This document shows, piece after piece, positions 1 through 8,999 of a stretch of 64,000 nt of DNA; within the stretch, counting starts at the first letter, position 1, and the number at the start of each line of letters is the position of its first letter. The notes beneath the pieces are model-generated. The model worked only from the letters and a program-made list of their open reading frames with translations, did no database searches and was not told the origin of the DNA. The stretch is taken from the NCBI GenBank assembly GCA_963749075.1, contig CAVVLJ010000021.1:320001-384000 (forward strand), given 5' to 3'. Position numbers and translations under genes: made by a program. Origin of the DNA: an uncultured Pseudomonadota bacterium (GTDB lineage: Bacteria; Pseudomonadota; Alphaproteobacteria; JACZXZ01).

Positions 1-237
1 CGGCGCCGGCTGCCGGCCGGGCGTGAAGAGCGGCCGGGCGAGAACTTCGTCGAGATCGGCAGCACCAGCATCCGGCGCAGCGCTCTTCCCTGCGCCGCTC
101 TCCGCCGGCGCGGTCCGCACGCCGCCGGCGGCACCAAGCGACGCCGAGGACGGACCCGAGGCGAGCTCCGCATAGACGACGGCCGCAAGCGCCACGGCCG
201 CCGCCGCCATGAGCGGGAGACGGAGGTCCGTTATCAT
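1..237 (-). CDS. T2SS GspN/XpsN-like (GspC-equivalent) membrane protein, 5' part only (runs off window edge)
   Basis: ATG at 237 gives MITDLRLPLMAAAAVALAAVVYAEL...LDEVLARPLFTPGRQPAP. It has an N-terminal TM segment and the RPLFxPxR motif typical of the gene after gspM in Xps-type clusters. Absent from the ORF track because there is no stop inside the window. Confidence 0.65.
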   Translation of the reverse strand, partial: MITDLRLPLMAAAAVALAAVVYAELASGPSSASLGAAGGVRTAPAESGAGKSAAPDAGAADLDEVLARPLFTPGRQPAP

Positions 238-309
238 GCGTGTGCCGCCCAAGGGGCGCGGGCAGCGCCGCCGGCGCTCGCCGCGGGGGCCACGGCCGCT
301 CTCTTGGCG

Positions 310-883
310 CTAGGTGCCATTGGCGCGGTATCCATAGACGTCGAGGGCGATGTTGAGGACCGCGCTCTTGTCCGCCGCCTGCAGCCGTGCCGCGGGATTG
401 CTGTGCACCTCGATGTTGTCGACGAAGAGGAACGGACGCGCCGCGCCGAGCGCGTGCAGCACGTTGGCGAGGACGTTCGAGCTCGGCCGCGACGAGGACG
501 CGGATGCCGACGCGGCGCTGGCCGCCTTGTGCTGCCGCGGGCAGGCCCTCGGCGCTGATCAGCTCGGTGCCCGTCTCGGCGAAAAGGTCCTTCACCTTGC
601 TCTGCAGATTGGCCGCGGCAACGGCCTCGCTGGCGCCAGGCAGCAGGAGATCGTCGGGAGCGCTCCGCGTGCGCACCTCGGAGAGCGTGGCGCGCAGCTG
701 CGGCAGCTCGGCGACCGCGCGCCGGAGGTGCGCGAGCCGCTCGCGGAGCTGGGCGATCTCCTGCGCGCGGCTGGCATGGAGCGCCTCGAGCGGCGCCAGC
801 ACCGCGACATAGGCGAGCGCCAGGAGAAGGCCGAGGATGCCGAGCGCGAGTAGCTTGCCGGGCCTGCCTTCCGGCAGCGTCAT
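310..883 (-). CDS. gspM: Type II secretion protein GspM, single +1 frameshift at ~476-477
   Basis: ATG 883 overlaps the gspL stop: MTLPEGRPGKLLALGILGLLLALAYVAVLAPL...AAANLQSKVK...RRVGIRVLVAAEL. After removing one base it continues DVLANVLHALGAARPFLFVDNIEV...LNIALDVYGYRANGT* (TAG 310-312). Span 574 = 3n+1. Confidence 0.8.
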
Positions 884-1926
884 GACCCACCGCCCGCCGC
901 GACCGCAGTCCGGATGGTGAAGAACTCGAGATCGTCGCCCTTCGCGCGCACCACGGGCTCGACGAAGGCGGGGTCCTTGAAGGTCTTGGTGGCGGCGAGC
1001 TTGACGATGAGGCCGGCGGAGGAGGGCGAGCGGCCGGCGATGGTCAACTGCCCGTCGCGGAGCGTGAGCACCGTGAGGTAGCTGTCGTCGGGCACGACGC
1101 GCGTCAGGGCGGCGAGGGTGGCGAGCGGACTGCCGATGCGCGCGCGCTCCGTGCCGAGAAAGTCCGCCGCCTTGGAGAGCTTCTCGAGCTCGGAACGCAT
1201 GGCGGCCGCGGCATGCACGTCGCTGTCGAGCGCTGCGATTTCGCTGCCGAGACGGCCGAGCGCCCACTGCTGCTTGACGAAGGGCGTCAGCACCGCCGCC
1301 AGCGCCAGGAGTACCGTGAGGGCGGCGAGTGCCGGCATGGCGCGCTGCGGCGCGCGGCCCTCGCGCCGCGCGCTCCCGCCGAGCGCCATGCGGTAGGGCC
1401 GCGCCAGGCCCTCGACCTCGACGGCGTCGGCCGCGAGATGGGCGGCGGCGATCGCGGCAATGTCGTCGGCGAGCGGGGCGCGCGGCACCAGCACCAGCTC
1501 GGCCTCGAGGCGTCCGAGCGCGCGGTCGACGCGGACGAGGGTGTAGTCCCATAAGACCTCGCCCTCCTCGAAGGGCGTCTCGCGGGCGATCTCGAAGGCG
1601 AGGGCCTGCGCCAGATCGGCGCGCGCCGCGAGCGGCAGCGTCACGCGCTTGGCAAGGACGCGCTCGCGCGGCAGGCCGAGCGCCAGTCCCGGCGCATTGG
1701 CTCCGAGGCCGGCAAGGCGCTGCTGGAGGGCGCGGATGCCCTGGGAATTGCGCTCGAAGCGCGCGAGCGAGTTGACGCCGCCGTTGCGCCGCAGGGAGAG
1801 CGTATAGGCGCCGGGCTCGAGGCCGACGATCGTCGCATCGGGCAACACGGCGCCGGGCCGCCGCAGCGCCTGCGGCAGCAGGCCCGCCAACTGATCGAGC
1901 CACCAGCGATAGAGCTCCCTGAACAT
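880..1926 (-). CDS. gspL: Type II secretion protein GspL (PilN-domain, XpsL-like)
   Basis: MFRELYRWWLDQL; LPLAARADL..ALAFEIARETPF motif; TM segment followed by a PilN-like C-terminus (VPDDSYLTVL..GQLTIAGRS); position in the gsp operon. Confidence 0.85.
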   Translation of the reverse strand: MFRELYRWWLDQLAGLLPQALRRPGAVLPDATIVGLEPGAYTLSLRRNGGVNSLARFERNSQGIRALQQRLAGLGANAPGLALGLPRERVLAKRVTLPLAARADLAQALAFEIARETPFEEGEVLWDYTLVRVDRALGRLEAELVLVPRAPLADDIAAIAAAHLAADAVEVEGLARPYRMALGGSARREGRAPQRAMPALAALTVLLALAAVLTPFVKQQWALGRLGSEIAALDSDVHAAAAMRSELEKLSKAADFLGTERARIGSPLATLAALTRVVPDDSYLTVLTLRDGQLTIAGRSPSSAGLIVKLAATKTFKDPAFVEPVVRAKGDDLEFFTIRTAVAAGGGS

Positions 1927-2030
1927 CAGGCGGCGATTGTACAAGGGTCGCACCGAGAGTCACGATAGAGAAAATGGCCGATTTCGCGGCGCATGAGGCG
2001 CCGGACGGCCGAGCGCGAGGCCGCGAAGGT

Positions 2031-2780
2031 CTAAGGCGTGCGCAAGGGCAGTGCCGTGACGAGCTCGGTCCAGCGCCGCCGGTCGCCGGGGGCAAACTCC
2101 AGGCGCAGGCGGACGAGGGCCGGGAGTGCCGCGGCCAGGCGCCAGTCCGCACTCCAGCGGCCGGGCTCGTCCTCGGTTGCGGGTGCGAAGTATTGCAGCT
2201 TGAGCGCCGCGACGCCGCGCAGGATCTCGGTCTCCTGCCAGGGAGGCGGCGACGCCCCGCCCCGCGGTCGCAGGTGCGGCCGCCAGCGCAGCACGAGGCG
2301 GCCGGCGCCGGCGAGCGCCAGGCTCGCGTCGTAGAGGTCGCGTCCGGCGAGCGCCTCGGGCAGCTCGGTCACCATGGTGATGCCGTCCGCCCGGCCGTCG
2401 AGATAGAGCGGGGCGTTCTGCGCGCCGAGGCCCACGAGCGGCAGCGGGGCGCTCGCCGCGATGAGCTGGCCGAGGAGTGTGCGCACGGCGTCGAGCTCGC
2501 TCGCCGCGGCGAGGCGGCTGTCCTGCGCCTCCCAGGCGCGCGCGCCGAAGCGGACGCCGCCCACCAGCATGGCGCTCACGAGCCCCAGGACCGCGAGTGC
2601 CACGAGCACCTCGAGGAGGGTGAAGCCGGCGCCGCTAGTGTTCCGGCTCCGACGGTTCACTCTGAACCGTCGGCCCGGAACACTAGCAAAATCATAATGA
2701 TGCGTTGTGGTTCCGGCACGATGATGGGGATCCGGCGCCGGGACCACAACGCGCGGCGGCGCTTTGCGCCCGTCAATCAT
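2031..2780 (-). CDS. gspJ: Minor pseudopilin GspJ (leader extended by an in-frame palindromic insertion)
   Basis: Prepilin motif GFTLLEVLVALAVLGL; C-terminal W..DW....LPALVRLRL; start overlaps the gspI stop. Confidence 0.85.
   Translation of the reverse strand: MIDGRKAPPRVVVPAPDPHHRAGTTTHHYDFASVPGRRFRVNRRSRNTSGAGFTLLEVLVALAVLGLVSAMLVGGVRFGARAWEAQDSRLAAASELDAVRTLLGQLIAASAPLPLVGLGAQNAPLYLDGRADGITMVTELPEALAGRDLYDASLALAGAGRLVLRWRPHLRPRGGASPPPWQETEILRGVAALKLQYFAPATEDEPGRWSADWRLAAALPALVRLRLEFAPGDRRRWTELVTALPLRTP
2634..2752. repeat. Double-hairpin palindromic (REP/MITE-like) element inside the gspJ 5' end
   Basis: GCTAGTGTTCCGG..CCGACGGTTCA-ctc-TGAACCGTCGG..CCGGAACACTAGC (2634-2687), an AT-rich linker AAAATCATAATGAT, then GCGTTGTGGTTCCGGC...GCCGGGACCACAACGC (2702-2752). 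Confidence 0.75.
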
Positions 2781-3192
2781 TGCCGCCGCCGATGCGGCCG
2801 AGCCTGAGGGTGGCGAGCGTCACCGTGCGCGCGACGAGGCCGCGCCGCCAGCTCACCCGAGCCTCGATCGAGTAGAGTGCCGGGACCGCTGGCGTGCCGT
2901 TCCCGGCGGGGCGCCCGGCGACGGCGGGCCTGACCGTGACTTGCCAGCGGTAGCCCTCAGCCTCGCCCGAGCGCACGCCGGGGCTGAGCGGGCTCACGAC
3001 GCCGCTTTCGGCGAGGAGGTTCTGCGCCCGCCGCGCCGCACCGAGGGTGCGCTGGGCGATATCCACGTTGTCGAGCCCGCCGCTCGCGGCCTGGAAGAGG
3101 GCGGCGAGCGCCAGCGCCGCGATGGCGAGCGCCACCACCACCTCGAGAAGCGTGAAGCCGCGCTCGCCGGCCGGCTCAGCTGCGCTCGACAA
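2773..3192 (-). CDS. gspI: Minor pseudopilin GspI
   Basis: ERGFTLLEVVVALAIAALAL prepilin motif; 139 aa; lies between gspH and gspJ. Confidence 0.85.
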   Translation of the reverse strand: MSSAAEPAGERGFTLLEVVVALAIAALALAALFQAASGGLDNVDIAQRTLGAARRAQNLLAESGVVSPLSPGVRSGEAEGYRWQVTVRPAVAGRPAGNGTPAVPALYSIEARVSWRRGLVARTVTLATLRLGRIGGGND

Positions 3193-3652
3193 TCGACACT
3201 CTCCCGCTCAGCCATTCGACGCGGACCGAGATGTGCCGGCTGCCGCCGGCCACGTCGATCCGGCCGCCGCTCGAGCTGCCGTCGGGATTGAAGCGGATGC
3301 TGCCGGTGCTGCCGGAGATCACCTCGCCGCGCGCGGTCAAGAGGCTGAGCCGCAGGACGGCGGGGAGCGGCACCACGGCGGCGCGGCCCACGCGGTAGCG
3401 ATGGGCGGCCACGTCGAGGACGAGGCCTATGGGGCGGTCCTCGGCGATCGCCTGGGCGCGCGCCAGGCGCAGCGCCGAGGCGAGCTCGCCCGCCGCCGCG
3501 CGCGCGGCCGTGCCCGGCGAGACCGGCATCAAGGCGCCGGCCGCCAGCACGGCGGCGAGCGCCAGGATCGCCAAGACGACGACAAGCTCGATGAGCGTGA
3601 AGCCGGCGGCGGCCTCCCTGCGGCAGGGCCGGAACCTAAAGTGCCAGGTCAT
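3176..3652 (-). CDS. gspH: Minor pseudopilin GspH/FimT
   Basis: AGFTLIELVVVL; LRLARAQAI; IRFNPDGSSSGG...VEWLSGRV. Confidence 0.88.
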   Translation of the reverse strand: MTWHFRFRPCRREAAAGFTLIELVVVLAILALAAVLAAGALMPVSPGTAARAAAGELASALRLARAQAIAEDRPIGLVLDVAAHRYRVGRAAVVPLPAVLRLSLLTARGEVISGSTGSIRFNPDGSSSGGRIDVAGGSRHISVRVEWLSGRVSIVERS

Positions 3653-4859
3653 TGAGGCTCAGCATGGCGGTGACGAGCGAGGCGATGATGCCGGCGACCG
3701 CGAGCCCGGTCACGATGGTCACCGCGGGAACGATGAGGCCGGTCAGGCGCTCGAGGCCGAGGCGGACCTGCTCGTCATGGATGTCGGCTGCCCGGAGCGC
3801 CATTTCGCCGAGGCGGCCGGTCTCCTCGCCGAGGCGGAGGAGATGGATCATGCGCATGGGAAAGACGTGCGAGGCTTCGAGCGAGCGGGCGAGCCCGGCG
3901 CCCTGCTTGGCGCTCGCCTCGGCGCGGACGACGGCTGCTTGCGCCGCCCGGTTGCCCAGCACGTCGCGCGCCGCGGCCAGCGCCTGGAGGAGAGGGACGC
4001 CGTTCTCGAGAAGGGTGCCGAGCGTGCGCGTGAGATAGGCCGCGGCGCGCTGGCTCAAAAGCGTGCCTGCCACGGGGAGTGCGAGGAGCATGCGGTCGAC
4101 GGCGAGGCGCAGCTCCGGCGCCGCCAGCGCCTGGCGCGCCGCGAGCAGGGCTACGAGAAGGCCGAGCAAGAGCCAGAGCCCGTCGTCGCGCACGAAATCG
4201 CCGAATGCGATGAGCGCGCGCGTGGCGGCCGGCAGCTGAGCACCGGCCTGCGCGAAGATGGTGGTGAACTGCGGCAGCACATAGACGAGGAGGAGAAGGA
4301 TGACGGCGATGGCTGCCGTCACCAGGAGGGCGGGATAGATGAGGGCCGACTGGATGCCGGCCGCGATGCGCCGCTCGCGCTCGAGGAGGCCGGCCAGCCG
4401 CTCCAGCGTCGCGGCGAGGGCACCACCCGCCTCGCCGGCCCGCACCATGCCGCGGTAAAGCTGGCTGAAGCTCTCGCCATGGCCGGCGAGCGCTGCGGCA
4501 AGCGTCGAGCCGCCGCGCACCTTGTCGCGGATGTCGGCACAGATGCCGCGCGCGCGGGCGCCTGATGCCGTCTCGACGACGAAGCGCAGCGCATGGTCGA
4601 GGTCCTGGCCGGCGCCCAGCATGACGGCGAGCTCGCGCGTGAACTCGGCGACCTCGCCCTTGGAGAGGCCGCGGCGGGCCAGGAGCTCGCGGCCGAGGAG
4701 ATCGCCCAAGGCGCTCCGCCGGCCGGCCGGCTCGGCGCGCAGCACCACATGGCCGTCGGCTTGGAGCCGCGCCACCGCGGCGGCCCGGCTCTCCCCCTCG
4801 AGCGTGCCGCTCACCGTCTTCCCCGCCGTGTCGACCGCCGTGTAGCGAAAGCGCGGCAT
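3636..4859 (-). CDS. gspF: Type II secretion inner-membrane platform protein GspF
   Basis: MPRFRYTAVD..G; FTRELAVML; AGEAGG; SALIYP; LGEETGRL. Start could instead be 4868. Confidence 0.93.
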   Translation of the reverse strand: MPRFRYTAVDTAGKTVSGTLEGESRAAAVARLQADGHVVLRAEPAGRRSALGDLLGRELLARRGLSKGEVAEFTRELAVMLGAGQDLDHALRFVVETASGARARGICADIRDKVRGGSTLAAALAGHGESFSQLYRGMVRAGEAGGALAATLERLAGLLERERRIAAGIQSALIYPALLVTAAIAVILLLLVYVLPQFTTIFAQAGAQLPAATRALIAFGDFVRDDGLWLLLGLLVALLAARQALAAPELRLAVDRMLLALPVAGTLLSQRAAAYLTRTLGTLLENGVPLLQALAAARDVLGNRAAQAAVVRAEASAKQGAGLARSLEASHVFPMRMIHLLRLGEETGRLGEMALRAADIHDEQVRLGLERLTGLIVPAVTIVTGLAVAGIIASLVTAMLSLNDLAL

Positions 4860-4864
4860 CGGCC

Positions 4865-6616
4865 TCATCCGTCGTCGCGCACGCTGCGCACGACCTCCCT
4901 GAGCGTGGTGACGCCGGCGAGCGCCTCCCGCACCCCGCTCTCGAGGAGCGTGCGCATGCCGTCTGCCACCGCGGCCTCCTGCAACGCCCCCTGGTCGGCG
5001 CCCGCGAGGATGAGGCGATGGAGTGCCGCGCTCGGCGCGAGATACTCGGCGATCGCGATGCGGCCGAGATAGCCCGTGCCGTGGCACTCGGCGCAGCCCG
5101 CCGCTTCGTGGAGCAGGATCGGGCGCTCCCGCGCGAGCCGGTCGAGCTCGAAGCGGGCGATGAGCTCCGGGCTCGCTTGAAGCGGCCGCTTGCAGGCGCT
5201 GCAGAGGCGGCGCACCAGGCGCTGCGCCAGCACGCCGTTGAGCGTCGCCGTCAGGAGATAATCCTCGACCCCCATGTCGCGCAGCCGCGTCACCGTGGCG
5301 GCGGCGCTGTTGGTGTGCAGCGTCGAGAGCACGAGATGGCCGGTCAAGGCCGCCTGCACGGCGATCTCCGCGGTCTCGAGGTCGCGGATCTCGCCCACCA
5401 TGATGACGTCGGGATCCTGGCGCAGGATGGCGCGCAGCAGGCTTGCGAAGCTGAGCCCGATCTGCGGCCTGACGTGCGTCTGGTTGATGCCGTCGAGCTG
5501 GTACTCGATGGGGTCCTCGACGGTGATGATGTTGCGCTCGCTCGAGTTGAGGTGGAGGAGGGCGGTATAGAGCGTCGTGGTCTTGCCGCTGCCGGTGGGC
5601 CCGGTCACCAGCACGATGCCGTTGGGCAGGGCGAGCGTGCGGCGGAACTGGTCGGTGAGGTCGGGCGCCAGGCCGAGCTTGGCGAAATCGAGCTCGATGG
5701 CGGAGCGGTCGAGCACGCGCAAGACCACCGTCTCGCCGTGGAGCGAGGGGATGGTGGCGACGCGGAAGTCGATGGCGTGGCCGCGCACGGCGAGCTTGAT
5801 GCGGCCGTCCTGGGGCAGCCGCCGCTCGGCGATATCGAGCCGCGCCATGATCTTGATGCGCGAGATGATGGCGGCCTTAAGGCGAGCCGGCGGCGCCTCG
5901 ATCTCCTCGAGGACGCCGTCGTGGCGGTAGCGGATGCGCAGCCGGTCCTCGAACGGCTCGATGTGGATGTCCGAGGCGCGGGTCTCGACGGCGCGCGCGA
6001 TGAGGCGGTTCACCAGGCGGATGACCGGCGCCTCGCTCGCCAGGTCCTTGAGCCGCTCGGCATCCTCCGCACCCTCCTGGGCGGCGTTCTCCAGATCCTC
6101 GATCTCGGCAGTGGCGGCAGCGCTGGCCGCAGGGACCTGGTCGCCGTAGAGCCTTACTAAGGCGGCCTCGAGGTCGATGGGCACGGCGACCCAGGCCTCG
6201 ACCGCGAGGCCGGTCGCCGTCGCCACGGCGTCGCGCGTGAAGCGGTCGAGCGGATTGGCCATGGCGAGGACGACGCGGTCCGCCGCGACGGCGAGCGGCA
6301 GCGCGCGCGCCTTGCGCAAGTATGGCGCCTTGAGGCGCTCTCCCAGCACGACCGCGGCGGGATAGTCCTCGGGCAGCGCCAGGCGCAGGCCGAGCTCGCC
6401 CGCGAGCAGCTCGGCGAGCGCGCGCTCGCCGATGAGGCCGAGCTGGGTTACCGCCGCGTCGAGGGCGATGCCGTGCTCGGCCGCGACCCGCCGCGCGCGC
6501 TCGAGGCTGCGCGCGTCGATGAGGGCGCTCCGCTCGAGCGCGCGCTCGAGCAAGGGCGCGAGCTCGCCCTCGGCGGGCGGGGCGCTGCTGCTGGGGCGCT
6601 GTTGGGCGAGCGTCAT
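4865..6616 (-). CDS. gspE: Type II secretion ATPase GspE
   Basis: ASDIHIEP, DIAERRLPQDGR, Walker A GPTGSGKTTT, LRQDPDVIMVGEIRD, CxxC...CxxC zinc motif. Confidence 0.95.
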   Translation of the reverse strand: MTLAQQRPSSSAPPAEGELAPLLERALERSALIDARSLERARRVAAEHGIALDAAVTQLGLIGERALAELLAGELGLRLALPEDYPAAVVLGERLKAPYLRKARALPLAVAADRVVLAMANPLDRFTRDAVATATGLAVEAWVAVPIDLEAALVRLYGDQVPAASAAATAEIEDLENAAQEGAEDAERLKDLASEAPVIRLVNRLIARAVETRASDIHIEPFEDRLRIRYRHDGVLEEIEAPPARLKAAIISRIKIMARLDIAERRLPQDGRIKLAVRGHAIDFRVATIPSLHGETVVLRVLDRSAIELDFAKLGLAPDLTDQFRRTLALPNGIVLVTGPTGSGKTTTLYTALLHLNSSERNIITVEDPIEYQLDGINQTHVRPQIGLSFASLLRAILRQDPDVIMVGEIRDLETAEIAVQAALTGHLVLSTLHTNSAAATVTRLRDMGVEDYLLTATLNGVLAQRLVRRLCSACKRPLQASPELIARFELDRLARERPILLHEAAGCAECHGTGYLGRIAIAEYLAPSAALHRLILAGADQGALQEAAVADGMRTLLESGVREALAGVTTLREVVRSVRDDG

Positions 6617-6761
6617 GTCATGACCGGGCGGCGGCGCCGGTAGCACGGGCGGCGGCGGCAACCGCCTGCCTTCCGTGGCGGCTGGCCGGCATTATGCCGG
6701 CTTGCCGGCGGCGCAACAAGGCGCTGGCGCCGAGGCGTGCCAAACCGAGGCCGTCCGGCCG

Positions 6762-6824
6762 TCAGTCCCGCCCGTCTCGGCCGGCTTCGACGTCCGTCGA
6801 GACCCGTGCATAGCGGTAGATCAT
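6762..6824 (-). pseudogene. Serine recombinase/resolvase N-terminal relic
   Basis: Translates MIYRYARVSTD then diverges and stops after 20 codons. This matches the resolvase/invertase start motif M(I/L)xGYARVST that holds the catalytic Ser. Confidence 0.6.
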
Positions 6825-6977
6825 GGTGCCGGTATGCGGCGGATTGCTGCACCAAGGGGCAAGTCGACGATCCTTTGCCGCGAGGTGCGGTGCTGAAGGT
6901 GCGACGGACGCTCGGGGCGCACCGCCGGACGGCAGCCCAAGGCCCGGAGCGGACATCGCCTCTGACGACCACTCCAT

Positions 6978-7015
6978 AAGAATGGCATGCTACGGGAAGA
7001 ATGGCATGCTACGGG
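6978..7015. repeat. Perfect 19-bp tandem duplication AAGAATGGCATGCTACGGG x2
   Basis: Copies at 6978-6996 and 6997-7015; the second overlaps the hydrolase stop codon. Confidence 0.95.
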
Positions 7016-8082
7016 GCGCGCCGCGGGGCCGTCTGCAGCAACTCCTTTAGCTGCTGCTTCCAGAACTTGGCGAAGAAGACGGTGCCATGGCCCCTCGTGT
7101 CTTCGCTGGCTGGAATGAGGAACAGGCGAGCGTTCTTCACGCGCTTGAGCGCGCGCTCCATGATCCCGGTTTCCGGCGGATTGCGCTCGTCGTCCGCCGA
7201 ATTGATCGCCAGCACCGCGGCCTGGATGCGCGCGAGCCCGGGTGCGGGGTTGTAGTCGCGCGAAGAGTCCCATTGATAGAGCACGTCGTTGGCATCCGCC
7301 TTGAAGGGTGCTGCCAGCCGGCCATCGAGCAGCTTATCGGCCGCTTCGCGCGTGGGAGCCAATTTCTGGTATGCCAGCGTGCCGCCGTTGGTGGCGATGC
7401 CGTAGAACACGCTGGCGAACCGCGCCGAGCGCGGCTGGGCCGAGTAGTTGCCGTTGTTCCACTCCGGATCGTTGCGGATGCTGTCTGTGATCAGGCGCCG
7501 CATCATCCAGTTGCGGCTGGACATTTCGGCAGGCTGCGACGCCATGGGCGCGAGAGCGTCCATGAAGCCGGGGTATTTCACGCCCCAAATCCAAGTGTGC
7601 ATGCCGCCCATCGAGAAGCCGAGCACCAGGCGCAGATGGTGCAGCCCCAGCCCTTCGCTCACCAGCCGGTATTGGGCGGCGACCATGTCGTCGTAATTGT
7701 AGAGAGGGAACTTGGCGCGCAGGCCGTCCGAAGGCTTAGCCGATTTGCCGTGACCGATGCTGTCGGGCAGGATGATGTAGTATTTGCCGGCATCCAGCGG
7801 CTGGCCCGCACCGAACAACTCGCCCGCAAAGACGGGCGAGAGCATAGCGGTGCCGGATTGGCTGGTGCCGTGCAGGATCAGCACAGGCTCCCCGGAGGGT
7901 GCGCCGACCGTCGTGTAGTGCAGGTGCAGCTCCGGCATGACTTCGCCGGTGTGAAAGCGGAAATCTCGCGCGACCCAATCGCCTTCTTGCGGCGTGGGAT
8001 AGTCCGCCGCCACAGCCGCAAATGCGATCTGAGACAAAACAACGCAGATTGCCGCGCGGACGAGCAAGCCCAGGACTTTCAT
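7009..8082 (-). CDS. Exported alpha/beta hydrolase, homoserine O-acetyltransferase (MetX)-like fold
   Basis: Signal peptide MKVLGLLVRAAICVVLSQIAFA; LHYTTVG, ILPDSIGHGKS, nucleophile GFSMGG, INSADD, GHGT; GGAG RBS before ATG 8082. Confidence 0.85.
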   Translation of the reverse strand: MKVLGLLVRAAICVVLSQIAFAAVAADYPTPQEGDWVARDFRFHTGEVMPELHLHYTTVGAPSGEPVLILHGTSQSGTAMLSPVFAGELFGAGQPLDAGKYYIILPDSIGHGKSAKPSDGLRAKFPLYNYDDMVAAQYRLVSEGLGLHHLRLVLGFSMGGMHTWIWGVKYPGFMDALAPMASQPAEMSSRNWMMRRLITDSIRNDPEWNNGNYSAQPRSARFASVFYGIATNGGTLAYQKLAPTREAADKLLDGRLAAPFKADANDVLYQWDSSRDYNPAPGLARIQAAVLAINSADDERNPPETGIMERALKRVKNARLFLIPASEDTRGHGTVFFAKFWKQQLKELLQTAPRRAP

Positions 8083-8363
8083 ACCCATCTCCATTCCTGA
8101 TGCGGGACACGGGATTTTCACTATGCTCGACCGCCGACGGCACCAACGCTGCAGCTGAAAAACAGGACTTCGGCAGGTGCCGCCAGCGGCTTTGCAATCA
8201 CGCTACCAGTTCGGTCGGGCGCATGAAATGGGCCACGATGTCGAGATATGGCTCACCGCGGCTGTCTGTTGCGGCGCGCCAGTTCGACCGCGGCCGGGGG
8301 TTGACCGGACCGGTCACGGACATCCGGTCGCGGACGAGCATGCATCGCGCGCATCGCATCGCT

Positions 8364-8705
8364 TCAACTTTCGGGAGGCGGCACGAAACATAGAACCACC
8401 GGGCCCTTGGTGCAGGCCACCGCTTCGCCGGTCGGATTTTCCCGATGCAGAACCTTGTCGGGCGGGACCGGCACCCAAACGCCTCCCTTAAGCAGGACCT
8501 CATATCCTCCCCGACCAATGCGGCTTTGCACGCGCCGACAGTCGGCCGCCGCGCAGCACGACCCGCCCCCGCCCGGCCGCTGCAAGCTTTGGAACCACGG
8601 CGCAAGCGACGGATTGGCGTCCGGCGGCGGCGCGCCCTTGGCCGCGGCGGCGACGCCGAGGAGGGCGAGCGCCGTGCAGATGCTGGACAACAGGTTGCGC
8701 GTCAT
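8364..8705 (-). CDS. Small exported Cys-rich hypothetical protein
   Basis: Signal peptide, then WFQSLQRP...SCCAAADC...WVPVPPDKVL..NPTGEAVAC...LCFVP. Confidence 0.75.
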   Translation of the reverse strand: MTRNLLSSICTALALLGVAAAAKGAPPPDANPSLAPWFQSLQRPGGGGSCCAAADCRRVQSRIGRGGYEVLLKGGVWVPVPPDKVLHRENPTGEAVACTKGPVVLCFVPPPES

Positions 8706-8999
8706 GGCGCGGTGCACGATCTCCGAGAATGGTGTCGCGAGCCTCTGTCGCCAGGACACGGCTGCCAGCCTCCTCATCTCGAATGGCGCAGACTAAATTC
8801 GCGGGCCTCACCTGTAAATAGCCATTAGAAGGTTATGACGGCGTGCGCGGTCGCCGGTGCGCGCGTATCCGGCGCTCTGCTCGTCGGTTCCCTTGGATCA
8901 GGCTGCCTTGGCCATTTCGGCCACCCGCTCCCAGGCGGTGGCCTTGAGGCTCGGCCGCCAGCGGGCCCGCTTTCTTGGGCACTGCGGCCTTTTTCCAGC

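Noticed and set aside
234-890. ORF-track protein 234..890 (-) as GspM
   Set aside because: Wrong frame (Arg/Ala/Pro-rich shadow). The real GspM starts at 883 in another frame and is split by a frameshift.
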